64,000 nucleotides of DNA. Origin: an uncultured Gammaproteobacteria bacterium (GTDB lineage Bacteria; Patescibacteriota; Microgenomatia; UBA10105; UBA927). The notes under the pieces were generated by a model. The model saw nothing but the letters and a program-made list of their open reading frames with translations. It was not told the DNA's origin and made no database searches. How positions within the stretch are numbered: the first letter of the stretch is position 1; every line of letters begins with the position of its first letter. The position numbers and the translations under genes are program-made. Below, piece by piece: positions 27,994 through 37,922 of the stretch. The stretch covers positions 78,214 to 142,213 of the forward strand of contig CAZNKB010000004.1 in assembly GCA_964573695.1 (NCBI GenBank). The letters run 5' to 3'.

Positions 27994-28858
27994 TATGAAA
28001 GACGTCACCATAGCGGATGTACAGAAGGTGAAAATCGCGTATCCAGGGACACACAAAGGACAAAACGGAAGACTGCTTATCATTGGTGGTAGCCACCTGT
28101 TTCATGCGGCAAGCATTTGGGCGCTGGAAGTCGCTTCCCGCATTGTTGATCTTGTACATTATTCTTCTGTCCCTGAAAACAATGCATTGGTCATGTCCGT
28201 CAAAGAGCAATTTAGGGACGGTATTGTCGTGCCTCGATCAGATATTGAAGCGTATATCTTGGAAGATGACTGCATCCTCATCGGTCCAGGTATGACGCGG
28301 GACAAGGAAACGGCCGATATTACCCATACGTTGCTGCAAGCCTACCCCGACAAAAAGTGGGTAATAGATGCGGGTGCGCTCCAGATGCTTGATTTAAACG
28401 ATATACCTCATAATGCCATACTTACGCCACATCATCACGAGTTTATTTCCCTATGGGAAAAGGCGAAAGCCGCTCACCCGCAGTTTTCGCAGGCTGTTCT
28501 GGATGAAGATAGGGTGAAGGTGCTTGCCAAACAGTATCATTGCACCATTTTGCTCAAAGGACAAACCGATATTGTGTGTTCTGGAGGGGATTGTGACACA
28601 AATGTATGTGTTCCTGGGGAGACGTTTTTTGTACACGGTGGCAATGAAGGGATGACAAAAGGGGGGACGGGGGACGTACTTGCAGGTCTGGTAGCTGCAA
28701 TTGCCTGCAAAAATGATCCGGTTTTGGCTGCAATGGCCGGAAGTTTTATAAACAAAGCGGCGGGGGATGAACTTTTTTCGACTGTCGGGCAGTTTTTTAA
28801 CGCGTCTGATTTAGCCAAACAGGTGCCAAAAACATTAAAAAGGATTTTTTACCCCTAA
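27994..28858 (+). CDS. nnrD: ADP-dependent NAD(P)H-hydrate dehydratase (YjeF C-terminal domain; Nnr)
   Basis: GGNEGMTKGGTGDVLAGLVAAI ribokinase-like motif; start taken at ATG 27994 just after recF stop (ORF track start 27935 overlaps recF). Confidence 0.7.
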
Positions 28859-28869
28859 TTAAGTTGCTA

Positions 28870-28898
28870 TTGTAAAGCTATGTGAATGCGGGTATTAT
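28870..28898 (+). promoter_or_regulatory. Sigma70-like promoter upstream of fic
   Basis: TTGTAA -17 bp- TATTAT. Confidence 0.4.
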
Positions 28899-28938
28899 AC
28901 AGGAATAGTGCGGGAATTCCGTATGTAGGTAATTCGTT

Positions 28939-29982
28939 ATGTACCAGCCTCAATTTACTATCACCAATAAGATTCTCAAGACCATAGGTATTATAGAAGC
29001 TGCCAAGGAGGTTATTGAGAATAGTCCGCTTGTGCCTGCATGGGAGGCAAAGTTTCGAGAGGACGCGTTGGTGCGCACCGTGCATCATGGAACGCATATT
29101 GAGGGTAACGATTTATCCAAGACAGAAGCAGAAAAAGTTTTGGCAGGTCATACGATTGTCGGCAGAGAACGCGATATTCAGGAAGTATTAAATTATCGTA
29201 ACGTGCTTAAATTTATCGGTGATTTTAAGGGTAAGCAAATTTCTGAAGAAGTGATTAAGCACCTGCACGCCCTGATCGCGCACCGTATGTTGCCGGATGA
29301 GCAGGTGGGGGAGTATCGGAAGACCCAAGTCGTCGTGAAGAATGCACAGACGGGCGAAGTGACGTTCCGTCCTCCGCCGGCGGTGGAAGTGTCATTTCTT
29401 GTAGCGGATTTTGTTGATTGGGTCAACAGTGTGGGAAGTGACGATATACACCCTGCGTTGAAGGCGGGCATGGTCCATTACGAACTCGTCAGAATTCACC
29501 CTTTTTTGGACGGGAACGGAAGAGTGGCCCGCGCAGTGGCCACGCTTATTCTTTTTAGCGAGGGGTACGACATAAAACGATTTTTTTCCCTTGAGGAATA
29601 TTATGATCGTGAACCTATACACTATTATGACGCGCTGCAAAGTGTGGGAAGACAAGAAGGGAACCTTAACGCGTGGCTGGAGTATTTTACGGAAGGACTA
29701 GCTATTGAGTTAACCCGGATCAAAGATAAAGTAAAAGCTTTATCTACCGATCTCAAGATTAAAAAGTCTTTGGGTGGTCAACAATTGGCTCTTACGGAGC
29801 GTCAGATTAAAATCATGGAGTTTATTCAGGAGCAGGGATTTCTTCAGAATAAGGCTTTTTTTGAGTTATTCCCCCAGGTGTCCGAAGATACAGTACTACG
29901 AGAATTGAAGGACTTGTTAAAAAAAGGTATAGTCAAAAAAGAAGGATCTACAAAGGGAGCGAAATACGTCCTACGGACGTAA
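28939..29982 (+). CDS. Fic family protein (AMPylator-type Fido domain) with C-terminal winged-helix domain
   Basis: 347 aa; canonical HPFLDGNGRVAR motif (HPFx[DE]GNGR). Confidence 0.85.
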   Translation: MYQPQFTITNKILKTIGIIEAAKEVIENSPLVPAWEAKFREDALVRTVHHGTHIEGNDLSKTEAEKVLAGHTIVGRERDIQEVLNYRNVLKFIGDFKGKQISEEVIKHLHALIAHRMLPDEQVGEYRKTQVVVKNAQTGEVTFRPPPAVEVSFLVADFVDWVNSVGSDDIHPALKAGMVHYELVRIHPFLDGNGRVARAVATLILFSEGYDIKRFFSLEEYYDREPIHYYDALQSVGRQEGNLNAWLEYFTEGLAIELTRIKDKVKALSTDLKIKKSLGGQQLALTERQIKIMEFIQEQGFLQNKAFFELFPQVSEDTVLRELKDLLKKGIVKKEGSTKGAKYVLRT

Positions 29983-29985
29983 ATC

Positions 29986-30183
29986 GTGCTAGACGGTATG
30001 GACTTAACAAGCCCCGCAATCACCTATTCACTGCTTATTATTCCGACTTTTTTTGCATTAACCGTCGTCGGACAAGGGGTTGGTAAGATCATCAAGGAGG
30101 AAAAAGATGGGCCGATTGCCGTAGGGCTGGGAATGTTTCTGCTTGTCCTTATTGGGTTAGCCTATTGGTTTTTTATCCGTTAA
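29986..30183 (+). CDS. small hypothetical membrane protein
   Basis: 65 aa, two hydrophobic helices. Confidence 0.3.
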   Translation: MLDGMDLTSPAITYSLLIIPTFFALTVVGQGVGKIIKEEKDGPIAVGLGMFLLVLIGLAYWFFIR

Positions 30184-30192
30184 AATATCTCC

Positions 30193-31920
30193 ATGCTATT
30201 TTCGACGCTTGCTTCATACCTCAAGAAACTTGAGGAGACACGTTCTCGAAACACCATCACCGAAATTTTGGCGGATGTATTACGGCGTGCAAATGATCAG
30301 GAGATCGGAAAAATGTGTTATCTCCTGCAGGGAAGAGTGGCGCCACTTTATGAAGATACGGAGTTTGGGATGGCCGATAAGTTTATGATTAGGGCGATTG
30401 CATCCGCGTATCGCACTTCACAAGAAGACGTCCTGAAAAAATTTAAGGAGCTTGGAGATTTAGGTAAAGTCGCAACAGCGCTCCACAATGGGAAAACACA
30501 AAAACTGGAAGTATGTGAAGCATATGACCAGTTCCGTGTGATTGCCGAGTCCGGTGGACCCGGGTCCCAAGAGAAAAAGATCCAACTGCTCGCGTCGTTG
30601 CTCGCGCGCGTCGATGCTACCGCTGCGTGCTATGTCGTGCGCATACCACTAGACAAGTTGCGCCTTGGATTTTCAGAAACAACTATATTAGATAGTCTTT
30701 CGTGGATGCTGGTTGGTGACAAAACGCTGCGTCCGACGCTTGAAGATGCCTATAATGTCCGGCCTGATATAGGGTATATATCGGAGACCGTGAAAAAAGA
30801 GGGTATATCTGGTTTGTCTCATGTGAAGGCGCACGTCGGATCACCAGTGTTGGCCGAGCTTTGTCAGCGACTGCCAGACGCTCAGGAAATGATAAAAAAA
30901 ATGGGTACGGTTGCGGTAGAGCCAAAGTACGACGGGGTGAGAGTACAAATTCATATGATGCGCCATAAAAACGGTACGGTTTCGGTGACTACCTACTCGA
31001 GGAATTTAGAGCGTACTACCGATATGTTTCCTGAGCTTACCGAAATCAGGAAAGAGATAGATGCCAACGATGTCATCTTGGATTGCGAAGCTGTCGGATT
31101 GGATCCGAAGACCGGTAAAACCATATCGTTTCAGGAGACATCGACGAGAAAGAGAAAGCACGGTATTGATGAGGCACAGAAAAACGTTCCCCTTAAGTTT
31201 TTTGTTTTTGACATCCTGTATAAAGACGGCCGGGATTTGTTGGGGACTGTCCTTTCAGAACGCCGGGAAATGCTTCTGCGCGTCGTAAAACCCGGACGAT
31301 TGCTTGCTATATCGCCACAGATTGTGACCGATGACGCATCGGTGCTGCGTACATATCACGATGATCAGCTTCGGCTTGGACTTGAAGGAGTCGTGGTGAA
31401 AAAGTGGAACAGCTTCTACGAGCCAGGGAGGAGAGGATATAGCTGGGTGAAATTTAAAGAAGAAGAGGGAAAGGACGGTAAGCTGACCGATACGATAGAC
31501 GCCGTGGTCATGGGATATTATTTAGGAGAGGGGAAACGTACCGGGTTCGGCATAGGGGCACTTCTTGTCGGGGTGCGTTCGGGAGACTGTTTTGAGACAG
31601 TGACAAAGATTGGGACAGGGGTAAGCGATGATCTGTGGAAGAATTTACGAAAACAGCTCCATGTGCTTGAAAGTCGTCGGGTGCCTATTGAATATCCGCA
31701 CGTCCACAAAACACTCGTGCCCGACGTATGGGTGCGCCCTCACATCGTCATCGAAATAGCAGGAGATGATCTTACCAAGTCGCCGACCCACGGGGCTGGT
31801 TTTGCGGTGCGGTTTCCACGACTTGTTCATATACGAAGCGACAAGCACCCTACTGCCGCGACAACCGTGTCAGAGCTTACCCAAATGTTTGAAAATCAGA
31901 AGCGCCACGCGAAAACGTAG
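30193..31920 (+). CDS. lig: ATP-dependent DNA ligase (archaeal/eukaryal Lig family)
   Basis: 575 aa; adenylation motif I KYDGVRVQIH (KxDGxR); DNA-binding, NTase and OB domain length. Confidence 0.85.
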   Translation: MLFSTLASYLKKLEETRSRNTITEILADVLRRANDQEIGKMCYLLQGRVAPLYEDTEFGMADKFMIRAIASAYRTSQEDVLKKFKELGDLGKVATALHNGKTQKLEVCEAYDQFRVIAESGGPGSQEKKIQLLASLLARVDATAACYVVRIPLDKLRLGFSETTILDSLSWMLVGDKTLRPTLEDAYNVRPDIGYISETVKKEGISGLSHVKAHVGSPVLAELCQRLPDAQEMIKKMGTVAVEPKYDGVRVQIHMMRHKNGTVSVTTYSRNLERTTDMFPELTEIRKEIDANDVILDCEAVGLDPKTGKTISFQETSTRKRKHGIDEAQKNVPLKFFVFDILYKDGRDLLGTVLSERREMLLRVVKPGRLLAISPQIVTDDASVLRTYHDDQLRLGLEGVVVKKWNSFYEPGRRGYSWVKFKEEEGKDGKLTDTIDAVVMGYYLGEGKRTGFGIGALLVGVRSGDCFETVTKIGTGVSDDLWKNLRKQLHVLESRRVPIEYPHVHKTLVPDVWVRPHIVIEIAGDDLTKSPTHGAGFAVRFPRLVHIRSDKHPTAATTVSELTQMFENQKRHAKT

Positions 31921-31993
31921 TCGTGCCTTATCTAGCCCGAGTATTTGCTCCGAATCCCTATTCTTCGTATAATATGAACGATATTATTCCATT

Positions 31994-32818
31994 ATGAAGA
32001 GGCCGCTGTTTTCTATAGTCATTCCGACACTCAACGAAGAAAATTATTTGCCGAAATTACTCGAATCTCTCGCCACGCAAACCACGCGTGATTTTGAAGT
32101 GATCGTGGTGGACGGCTCATCCAAAGACAGAACTGTCGTTGCCGCGCGTCGGTTTGCGAAGCGGTTACCCTTGCTGTCGGTACAAATAAGTAAACAGGCT
32201 AACCTCTCCCGGCAACGCAATATGGGAGCAGAATCGGCAAAAGGGGAATGGGTAGTTTTCCTCGATAGTGATAACGTTATGCTGCCGTATGCACTTGAGC
32301 GGTGCCGTAATTACGTAAGGGAGCATGCGCACGTCAAGTTTTTTACCACATGGTTTATGCCGGATAGTGAGATTTCGGGTGATGCAGTCCTTATTCTCAT
32401 TTCAAACTTATTTATCGAGTCAGGAAAGATTGTGAAGCGGCAAATCGCCCCCGGACCGTTTGCAGCGGTCCGTCGAACTGTATTCATTGCGTCAGGAGGA
32501 TATGACGAACATCGGGGATACGGCGAAGATCAGGAATTTTCGATGCGATTATACGAACAGGGCGTTGAGTTGGAGTTTTTACGGGAGACCCTTTATGTCT
32601 ACTCTCTTCGTCGGTTTCGAAAACAGGGGACACTCAAAATGATGCAATTTTACGCAAAAAATTCCCTCATCGCCTTGATCACCAAGCGTGCACCTAATAA
32701 TATTCCCGGCTATATTATGGGTGGGCATCTGTACGGAAAAAAACAAACCCTCAAGCGGTCGGTACTGAACGAATATGAGCGGAAGCTCAAAACGCTCATG
32801 AAAGAATTATTCTCATAA
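31994..32818 (+). CDS. Glycosyltransferase family 2
   Basis: 274 aa; SIVIPTLNEE N-terminus, DxD-like FLDSDN. Confidence 0.75.
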   Translation: MKRPLFSIVIPTLNEENYLPKLLESLATQTTRDFEVIVVDGSSKDRTVVAARRFAKRLPLLSVQISKQANLSRQRNMGAESAKGEWVVFLDSDNVMLPYALERCRNYVREHAHVKFFTTWFMPDSEISGDAVLILISNLFIESGKIVKRQIAPGPFAAVRRTVFIASGGYDEHRGYGEDQEFSMRLYEQGVELEFLRETLYVYSLRRFRKQGTLKMMQFYAKNSLIALITKRAPNNIPGYIMGGHLYGKKQTLKRSVLNEYERKLKTLMKELFS

Positions 32819-32846
32819 ATTTGAGATGCTATACTAGCATCACGTC

Positions 32847-34010
32847 ATGAATATTCTCCTCGTCTCCGATGTATATCTTCCGACGGTAAGCGGCGTTGCT
32901 TCTTCCACTGACTCGATTGCCAGATTTATGGCATCCGAGGGTCACAGTGTCACCCTTGTATGTCCTAAGCCGCTTCATGCATATGCCCCTTCTAAGGTGC
33001 CCGGTCTGGAAGTTGTTTATACGCCGGGAGCAAGTGATGCGTTATTTGTGAATAAATCCATGACGGTATTTCCCCTCGGGTTTCCCGTGTTGTGGCGTGT
33101 GTTTAGACAGTGCAGGTTTGATGTGATACATATTCAGGAACCCGGCTCACTAGGTATCACGGCCCTTTTTATCGGTAAGTTTTTTCATGTGCCCATAGTC
33201 GGCGCCCAGCATTTTTCCTGGCCGCAAATTGAGCGAGTGGCGCCTCCGCTGATCCGTTGGATTAGCGTTCCGTTTATGAAGCTCTACGTTCGTGTAATTT
33301 ATGCTACCTATGACGCGATTATGGTTCCGACTGAGACTGCGGCACGCGATCTTATCAAGCTTATCGGACGCGCGCCGTTAATCCACGCGGTTTCAAATGG
33401 CGTTGATACGACCGTATACACCCCGCGGGTTGGGCCGGTAACGGCTCTTCGTAATAAATATCATCTGCCTGCGGATAAGCAGGTGTATCTTTATATCGGA
33501 CGCCTGGATGCTGACAAAAATATTGAAACCATGCTTCGCGCCTTGTCGCGTGTCACCAGGCCAGTTCATATGATTATAGCTGGCGTAGGTAGGCAAAAGG
33601 AGCAACTTCAGAGCCTTGCAACCTCGCTTAAACTAACGAATATTACCTGGATAGGAGAAGTACAAAAGCAGATGATTATTGACCTTTACCAATTATCAGA
33701 TGCTTTCGTTATTATGTCTCCGGTTGAAACGCAGAGCATTGTCGCGCTTCAAGCGATTTCCTGCGGCTTGCCGCTTATTGCCGCGCGGGCGGGCGCGCTG
33801 CCGGAATTGGTAGACGGAAGTAACGGAGTGTTGGTTGATACGTTTGATGTTCTATCACTTGCCGCGGTATTGGATCGATTGTCACAAGACGGTATACTTC
33901 GTAAATCCATGGGGGGCCGTAGCAGAGAAATAAGTCTTCGACATCATAAGCCGACTGTGCTAAAACAACTGGAAACGCTTTACGTACAGGTGGCAAAAAA
34001 ACGCATATGA
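32847..34010 (+). CDS. Glycosyltransferase family 4 (GT-B)
   Basis: 387 aa; MNILLVSDVYLPTVSGVA N-terminus typical of GT4; C-terminal SPVETQSIVALQAISCGLPLIA. Confidence 0.75.
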   Translation: MNILLVSDVYLPTVSGVASSTDSIARFMASEGHSVTLVCPKPLHAYAPSKVPGLEVVYTPGASDALFVNKSMTVFPLGFPVLWRVFRQCRFDVIHIQEPGSLGITALFIGKFFHVPIVGAQHFSWPQIERVAPPLIRWISVPFMKLYVRVIYATYDAIMVPTETAARDLIKLIGRAPLIHAVSNGVDTTVYTPRVGPVTALRNKYHLPADKQVYLYIGRLDADKNIETMLRALSRVTRPVHMIIAGVGRQKEQLQSLATSLKLTNITWIGEVQKQMIIDLYQLSDAFVIMSPVETQSIVALQAISCGLPLIAARAGALPELVDGSNGVLVDTFDVLSLAAVLDRLSQDGILRKSMGGRSREISLRHHKPTVLKQLETLYVQVAKKRI

Positions 34011-35437
34011 CAGACATCATTGCAGATTTACAGATTCACTCAAGATTTTCCAGAGCTGTTTCGCCGCAGATGACCATACCAAATATTGCTATGTGGGCGA
34101 GGCGCAAGGGAATCGGATTGGTCGCGACCGGGGATTGGACGCATCCTATGTGGTTTCGAGAAATTGAGCGTGATTTGGAAGAGACGGGAAACGGGTTATT
34201 ACGGCTTAAACCGCAGGTTCAAAGCCCGTCGTCAACGGTAAGCGGTGAGCGTTTTGCTGCAAACGGTGGTTTTACAACTAACGACCCGTTATTTCTTCTT
34301 GCTACAGAGGTTTCCTGCATATACTCCCAAAACGGTAAGGGGAGAAGGGTACACACGCTCATCTGGGTGCCGTCTATTGAATCGGCGAGGAAAATTAGCC
34401 AGGAGATGACAAAACGAGGATGCAATTTATTAAGTGACGGGCGGCCGATTATCGGACTCACGTCAATAGATGTGGCAGAGTTAGTCCTCACGATAGAACC
34501 GAAGGCGCTTGTCATCCCGGCCCACGCGTGGACGCCTTGGTTTTCTGTATTTGGCTCGATGAGCGGGTTTACCAGTCTGGATGAAGCATTTGGGTCATAC
34601 GCCAAACATATTTATGCGGTTGAGACTGGTTTGTCGAGTAACCCTTCTATGAACTGGCAAATCGCTGAGTTGGATTCCCGGGCGATCGTGTCGTTTTCAG
34701 ATGCGCATTCGGGTCCGAAACTCGGGAGAGAGGCGACAGTATTTAAGCTTAAGGATGATAGAGACACGATAAGCTATCAGCATATTTATGAAGCGATTTC
34801 TGCGCGGAGTCTCAATAGTGATGAAAAAAAGTTACGGGCGACAATCGCCTACACGATAGAATTTTATCCGGAAGAAGGGAAATATCACTGGTCGGGACAT
34901 CGGGCATGTTCTATTCGTTGGGGGCCTGAGGAAACCCGAAAGAACGGCTCTACTTGTCCTGTATGCGGAAAACAATTAACCCAGGGGGTAGAACAGCGGG
35001 TGAGTGAGTTGTCCGGGCGATCCGAGACCGATGTACAGCTTTCAGTGTACGAGCACGCGATGAGTGAATCCTCAGCCGTGCAAATGACAAAAAGCAATGC
35101 ATTTTCGGATAGGCCGCCGTTTCTTATGATGGTGCCGCTTGTCGAAATTATCGCAGAGGCGATTGGATCTCCCGTGTCGAGTCCTAAAGTGCAAACGCCG
35201 TACTTTCGGTTGACCGACGAAGTAGGGAGTGAATTTTTCATATTACTTGAGGCGGATACGCGCGCCATAGCTGCTGTAGCCGGTGAGCGCGTTGCCCTTG
35301 GAGTAGACATGGTTCGAAAGGGGAAACTGACGATAGACCCGGGTTACGACGGCGTATTCGGTGTCGTAAAAATCTGGAATGCTGAAGGAAAAAGTATTGC
35401 TCAGGGTGACAAAGAACAACTCACCTTGTTGTCATGA
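34007..35437 (+). CDS. PHP-domain protein, EndoQ-like (TIGR00375-like) with C-terminal zinc-finger CxxC
   Basis: 476 aa; N-terminal IADLQIHSRFS PHP motif, CPVCGK zinc ribbon; overall length/architecture similar to endonuclease Q. Confidence 0.45.
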   Translation: MTDIIADLQIHSRFSRAVSPQMTIPNIAMWARRKGIGLVATGDWTHPMWFREIERDLEETGNGLLRLKPQVQSPSSTVSGERFAANGGFTTNDPLFLLATEVSCIYSQNGKGRRVHTLIWVPSIESARKISQEMTKRGCNLLSDGRPIIGLTSIDVAELVLTIEPKALVIPAHAWTPWFSVFGSMSGFTSLDEAFGSYAKHIYAVETGLSSNPSMNWQIAELDSRAIVSFSDAHSGPKLGREATVFKLKDDRDTISYQHIYEAISARSLNSDEKKLRATIAYTIEFYPEEGKYHWSGHRACSIRWGPEETRKNGSTCPVCGKQLTQGVEQRVSELSGRSETDVQLSVYEHAMSESSAVQMTKSNAFSDRPPFLMMVPLVEIIAEAIGSPVSSPKVQTPYFRLTDEVGSEFFILLEADTRAIAAVAGERVALGVDMVRKGKLTIDPGYDGVFGVVKIWNAEGKSIAQGDKEQLTLLS

Positions 35438-35547
35438 CCCAAATAGCGATTGACGCATTGAAAAAAAACATGGTATGGTGGAAATAGACCCGCCTGCCAG
35501 CGCCTGAGCGCAGGGATGGCGGGCAGGAAGCGAGGAGGTGAGAAACA

Positions 35548-35877
35548 ATGGCAGATAAAGGAAATGAAAACATGATGGGGGCTGTAAGCTACCTGCTCGG
35601 ATTTGTCACCGGTATTATCATGCTGCTTTTGGAAAAGCAGAGTAAATTCGTGCGCTTTCATGCAATGCAATCAACGATCCTGTTTGGTGGAGTATTCGTT
35701 GCAAACATAGCGCTCGGATTCCTTCCGATAATCGGATGGCTTCTTGGGTTGTTGCTGAGCTTTACGTCGTTTATCCTCTGGATCGTGTGTATGTGGAAAG
35801 CGTTCCAAGGAGAAATGTACAAAGTTCCGTACGTCGGTGAGCTTGCAGAAAAGCAATTGGCAAAAATGGGCAAGTAA
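35548..35877 (+). CDS. DUF4870 family membrane protein
   Basis: 109 aa; AVSYLLGFVTGIIMLL…RFHAMQSTILFGG characteristic of DUF4870. Confidence 0.6.
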   Translation: MADKGNENMMGAVSYLLGFVTGIIMLLLEKQSKFVRFHAMQSTILFGGVFVANIALGFLPIIGWLLGLLLSFTSFILWIVCMWKAFQGEMYKVPYVGELAEKQLAKMGK

Positions 35878-35944
35878 CCGGTTATGTGTTGATCAACACA
35901 TGATTGGCACCTGATTGTATATGGACTAAGAGGGTGCTAATCAC

Positions 35945-36568
35945 GTGTTATTCAAAGATAGAAAACACGCTGCAATTCTTCTTTCTGACGCGTTGGTAGC
36001 CTTTAGGGATGCGTCACCTTTTTTTCTTGGGCTAGCGCGTGGCGGAGTAGAGGTCGCCTCGGTGATCGCAAAACGCTTTCATGCGCCTTTTGACACGCTG
36101 GTCGTTAAAAAGATTTCCAGCCCCCATAATTCTGAGCTAGCAATCGGCGCCGTTACCCAGGACAATATATCGTTTATTAACTGGAAAGAGGCGCTACGCG
36201 CAGGTGCTGACCAACACTACGTAAATGAACAAGTGTCTCGGTTGACTCAAGACATACGGCGACAGTGCAAGATATATCGCAAAGGGAAAAGGTTGTTATC
36301 GGTTGAAGGACGTCTTGTTGTTTTGGTGGACGACGGAATAGCTACTGGGGCGACTATGGAAGCAGCTGTACGCTGGGTGAATATGAAAAGGGCAAAAAAG
36401 ATTATTGTGGCCACCCCGATAATTTCTGACTATGCGGCAAGCCGCATCTCTCCCGAGGTGGATGAGCTCATCGCTTATAAAAGGATCGCTTCCTTTGGGG
36501 CAGTGAGTCAGTGCTATGAAGTATTTGAACAGGTAACGGACAAAGAAGTGATAGAATTGCTACACTAG
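35945..36568 (+). CDS. Phosphoribosyltransferase (type I PRTase fold)
   Basis: 207 aa; PRPP-binding VVLVDDGIATGATM. Confidence 0.6.
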   Translation: MLFKDRKHAAILLSDALVAFRDASPFFLGLARGGVEVASVIAKRFHAPFDTLVVKKISSPHNSELAIGAVTQDNISFINWKEALRAGADQHYVNEQVSRLTQDIRRQCKIYRKGKRLLSVEGRLVVLVDDGIATGATMEAAVRWVNMKRAKKIIVATPIISDYAASRISPEVDELIAYKRIASFGAVSQCYEVFEQVTDKEVIELLH

Positions 36569-37167
36569 TGGTTGCTATGAAAATAATCATTGGACTTGGA
36601 AATCCGGGGGATAAATACAGGGATACCCGTCACAACGTGGGATTTATGGTAGTGGAAAAGCTTGCCCATGAATTAGGAGGGGCAGATATCCGTTGGGAAC
36701 GTATCCAAAAGCATAAGGCCTGGATTGCAAAAACCGGCGAAGTTATACTCGTGAAACCGGAAACATATATGAATGCAAGCGGGGTGGCAGCCAAAAGTAT
36801 CGCCGATTTTTATAAAGTAAAACCGGAGGATATTTGGGTCGTGCAAGATGATTTAGATTTGCCCCTCGGGAAGATCAGAATCAGAGTTGGAGGAGCATCG
36901 GCCGGACATCACGGCATCGATTCGCTCATACGCGAGTTGGGTAGTGATAAATTTGTCCGCATCAGGTTAGGGATAGGCAGAGGAAAAAGCGGGAGCTCCG
37001 TCGTTGCCGATAGAAAGTTACACCAGTCTTCCGTGGTGCAATTTGTCTTGTCCCGATTTGGTAGAAGCGAAGCCGGAGATATGAAGCATTTGGTGCAGCA
37101 CGGGGTGGAGGCAGTGCGCGTTGCATTATTTAAAGGAATCGACAGGGCAATGAACCGCTTTAACTAA
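36568..37167 (+). CDS. pth: Peptidyl-tRNA hydrolase
   Basis: 199 aa; IIGLGNPGDKYRDTRHNVGF N-terminal signature. Confidence 0.9.
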   Translation: MVAMKIIIGLGNPGDKYRDTRHNVGFMVVEKLAHELGGADIRWERIQKHKAWIAKTGEVILVKPETYMNASGVAAKSIADFYKVKPEDIWVVQDDLDLPLGKIRIRVGGASAGHHGIDSLIRELGSDKFVRIRLGIGRGKSGSSVVADRKLHQSSVVQFVLSRFGRSEAGDMKHLVQHGVEAVRVALFKGIDRAMNRFN

Positions 37168-37169
37168 CC

Positions 37170-37433
37170 ATGCAGAAAGTCAGTGCAATTCTTAAGAAAT
37201 TTAATCCATTGGAAGATAAATATATTTCCCGTGAATTCCAATCATACGGCATATACCTTGCTGAGACGTTGGGAGATTACGCTCATAAATCGCTCTATAT
37301 TCGCCTAGCAAAAACCGTACCCCGGGCGATTCTCGAGAAAGCCCTCACGTTTGTCAAAGACGCCAATGCCAACAGTAAGGCGAGATTATTTATGTGGAAA
37401 ATGAAAGAGCTACGATCAAACCCTACGCAATAA
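37170..37433 (+). CDS. hypothetical protein
   Basis: 87 aa basic protein, no motif. Confidence 0.3.
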   Translation: MQKVSAILKKFNPLEDKYISREFQSYGIYLAETLGDYAHKSLYIRLAKTVPRAILEKALTFVKDANANSKARLFMWKMKELRSNPTQ

Positions 37434-37460
37434 GAGGCGCTTAGATTACAATAGAAATAC

Positions 37461-37922
37461 ATGGATAGCGTGAAGGCGTTAATTGCCCAAAAACCACGAA
37501 TATTTGTCTATATTTCCCTGGTGTATCTGCTTGTCGTGATTCTGGCAAAATGGGTTATTCACCCTTCGCTCGACGCGCTTTGGTTTTTTGTCGGGGGAGT
37601 AATCGGCGTATATTTTTTGGATGCGGCAGAAATTTTTTTTGCCCTGAATCCTTCTCCATTTCGGTCGGTTGTGTTTGGAGGATTGTTTTCCGGAGTCGCG
37701 TTTTTTGTGGTGACAAGCTCTACGGGAACCATAGGAAGTGGCCTCGTGTTGTCTCTTTATCTCCAAATGCTTCTCTGGCAGATAGGGGAATGGAGAATTA
37801 ACCATAACCTCAATAGTTGGTATCGTATGGTAGCCGGGCCGGTTTCCCAGTCAACGCAGCAAATCATCCTTATCGTATCCGTGGCTGTTTTTGTTATGGA
37901 GTCGGCTATTTTTGTCCGCTAA
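37461..37922 (+). CDS. hypothetical polytopic membrane protein
   Basis: 153 aa, 4 hydrophobic helices. Confidence 0.35.
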   Translation: MDSVKALIAQKPRIFVYISLVYLLVVILAKWVIHPSLDALWFFVGGVIGVYFLDAAEIFFALNPSPFRSVVFGGLFSGVAFFVVTSSTGTIGSGLVLSLYLQMLLWQIGEWRINHNLNSWYRMVAGPVSQSTQQIILIVSVAVFVMESAIFVR

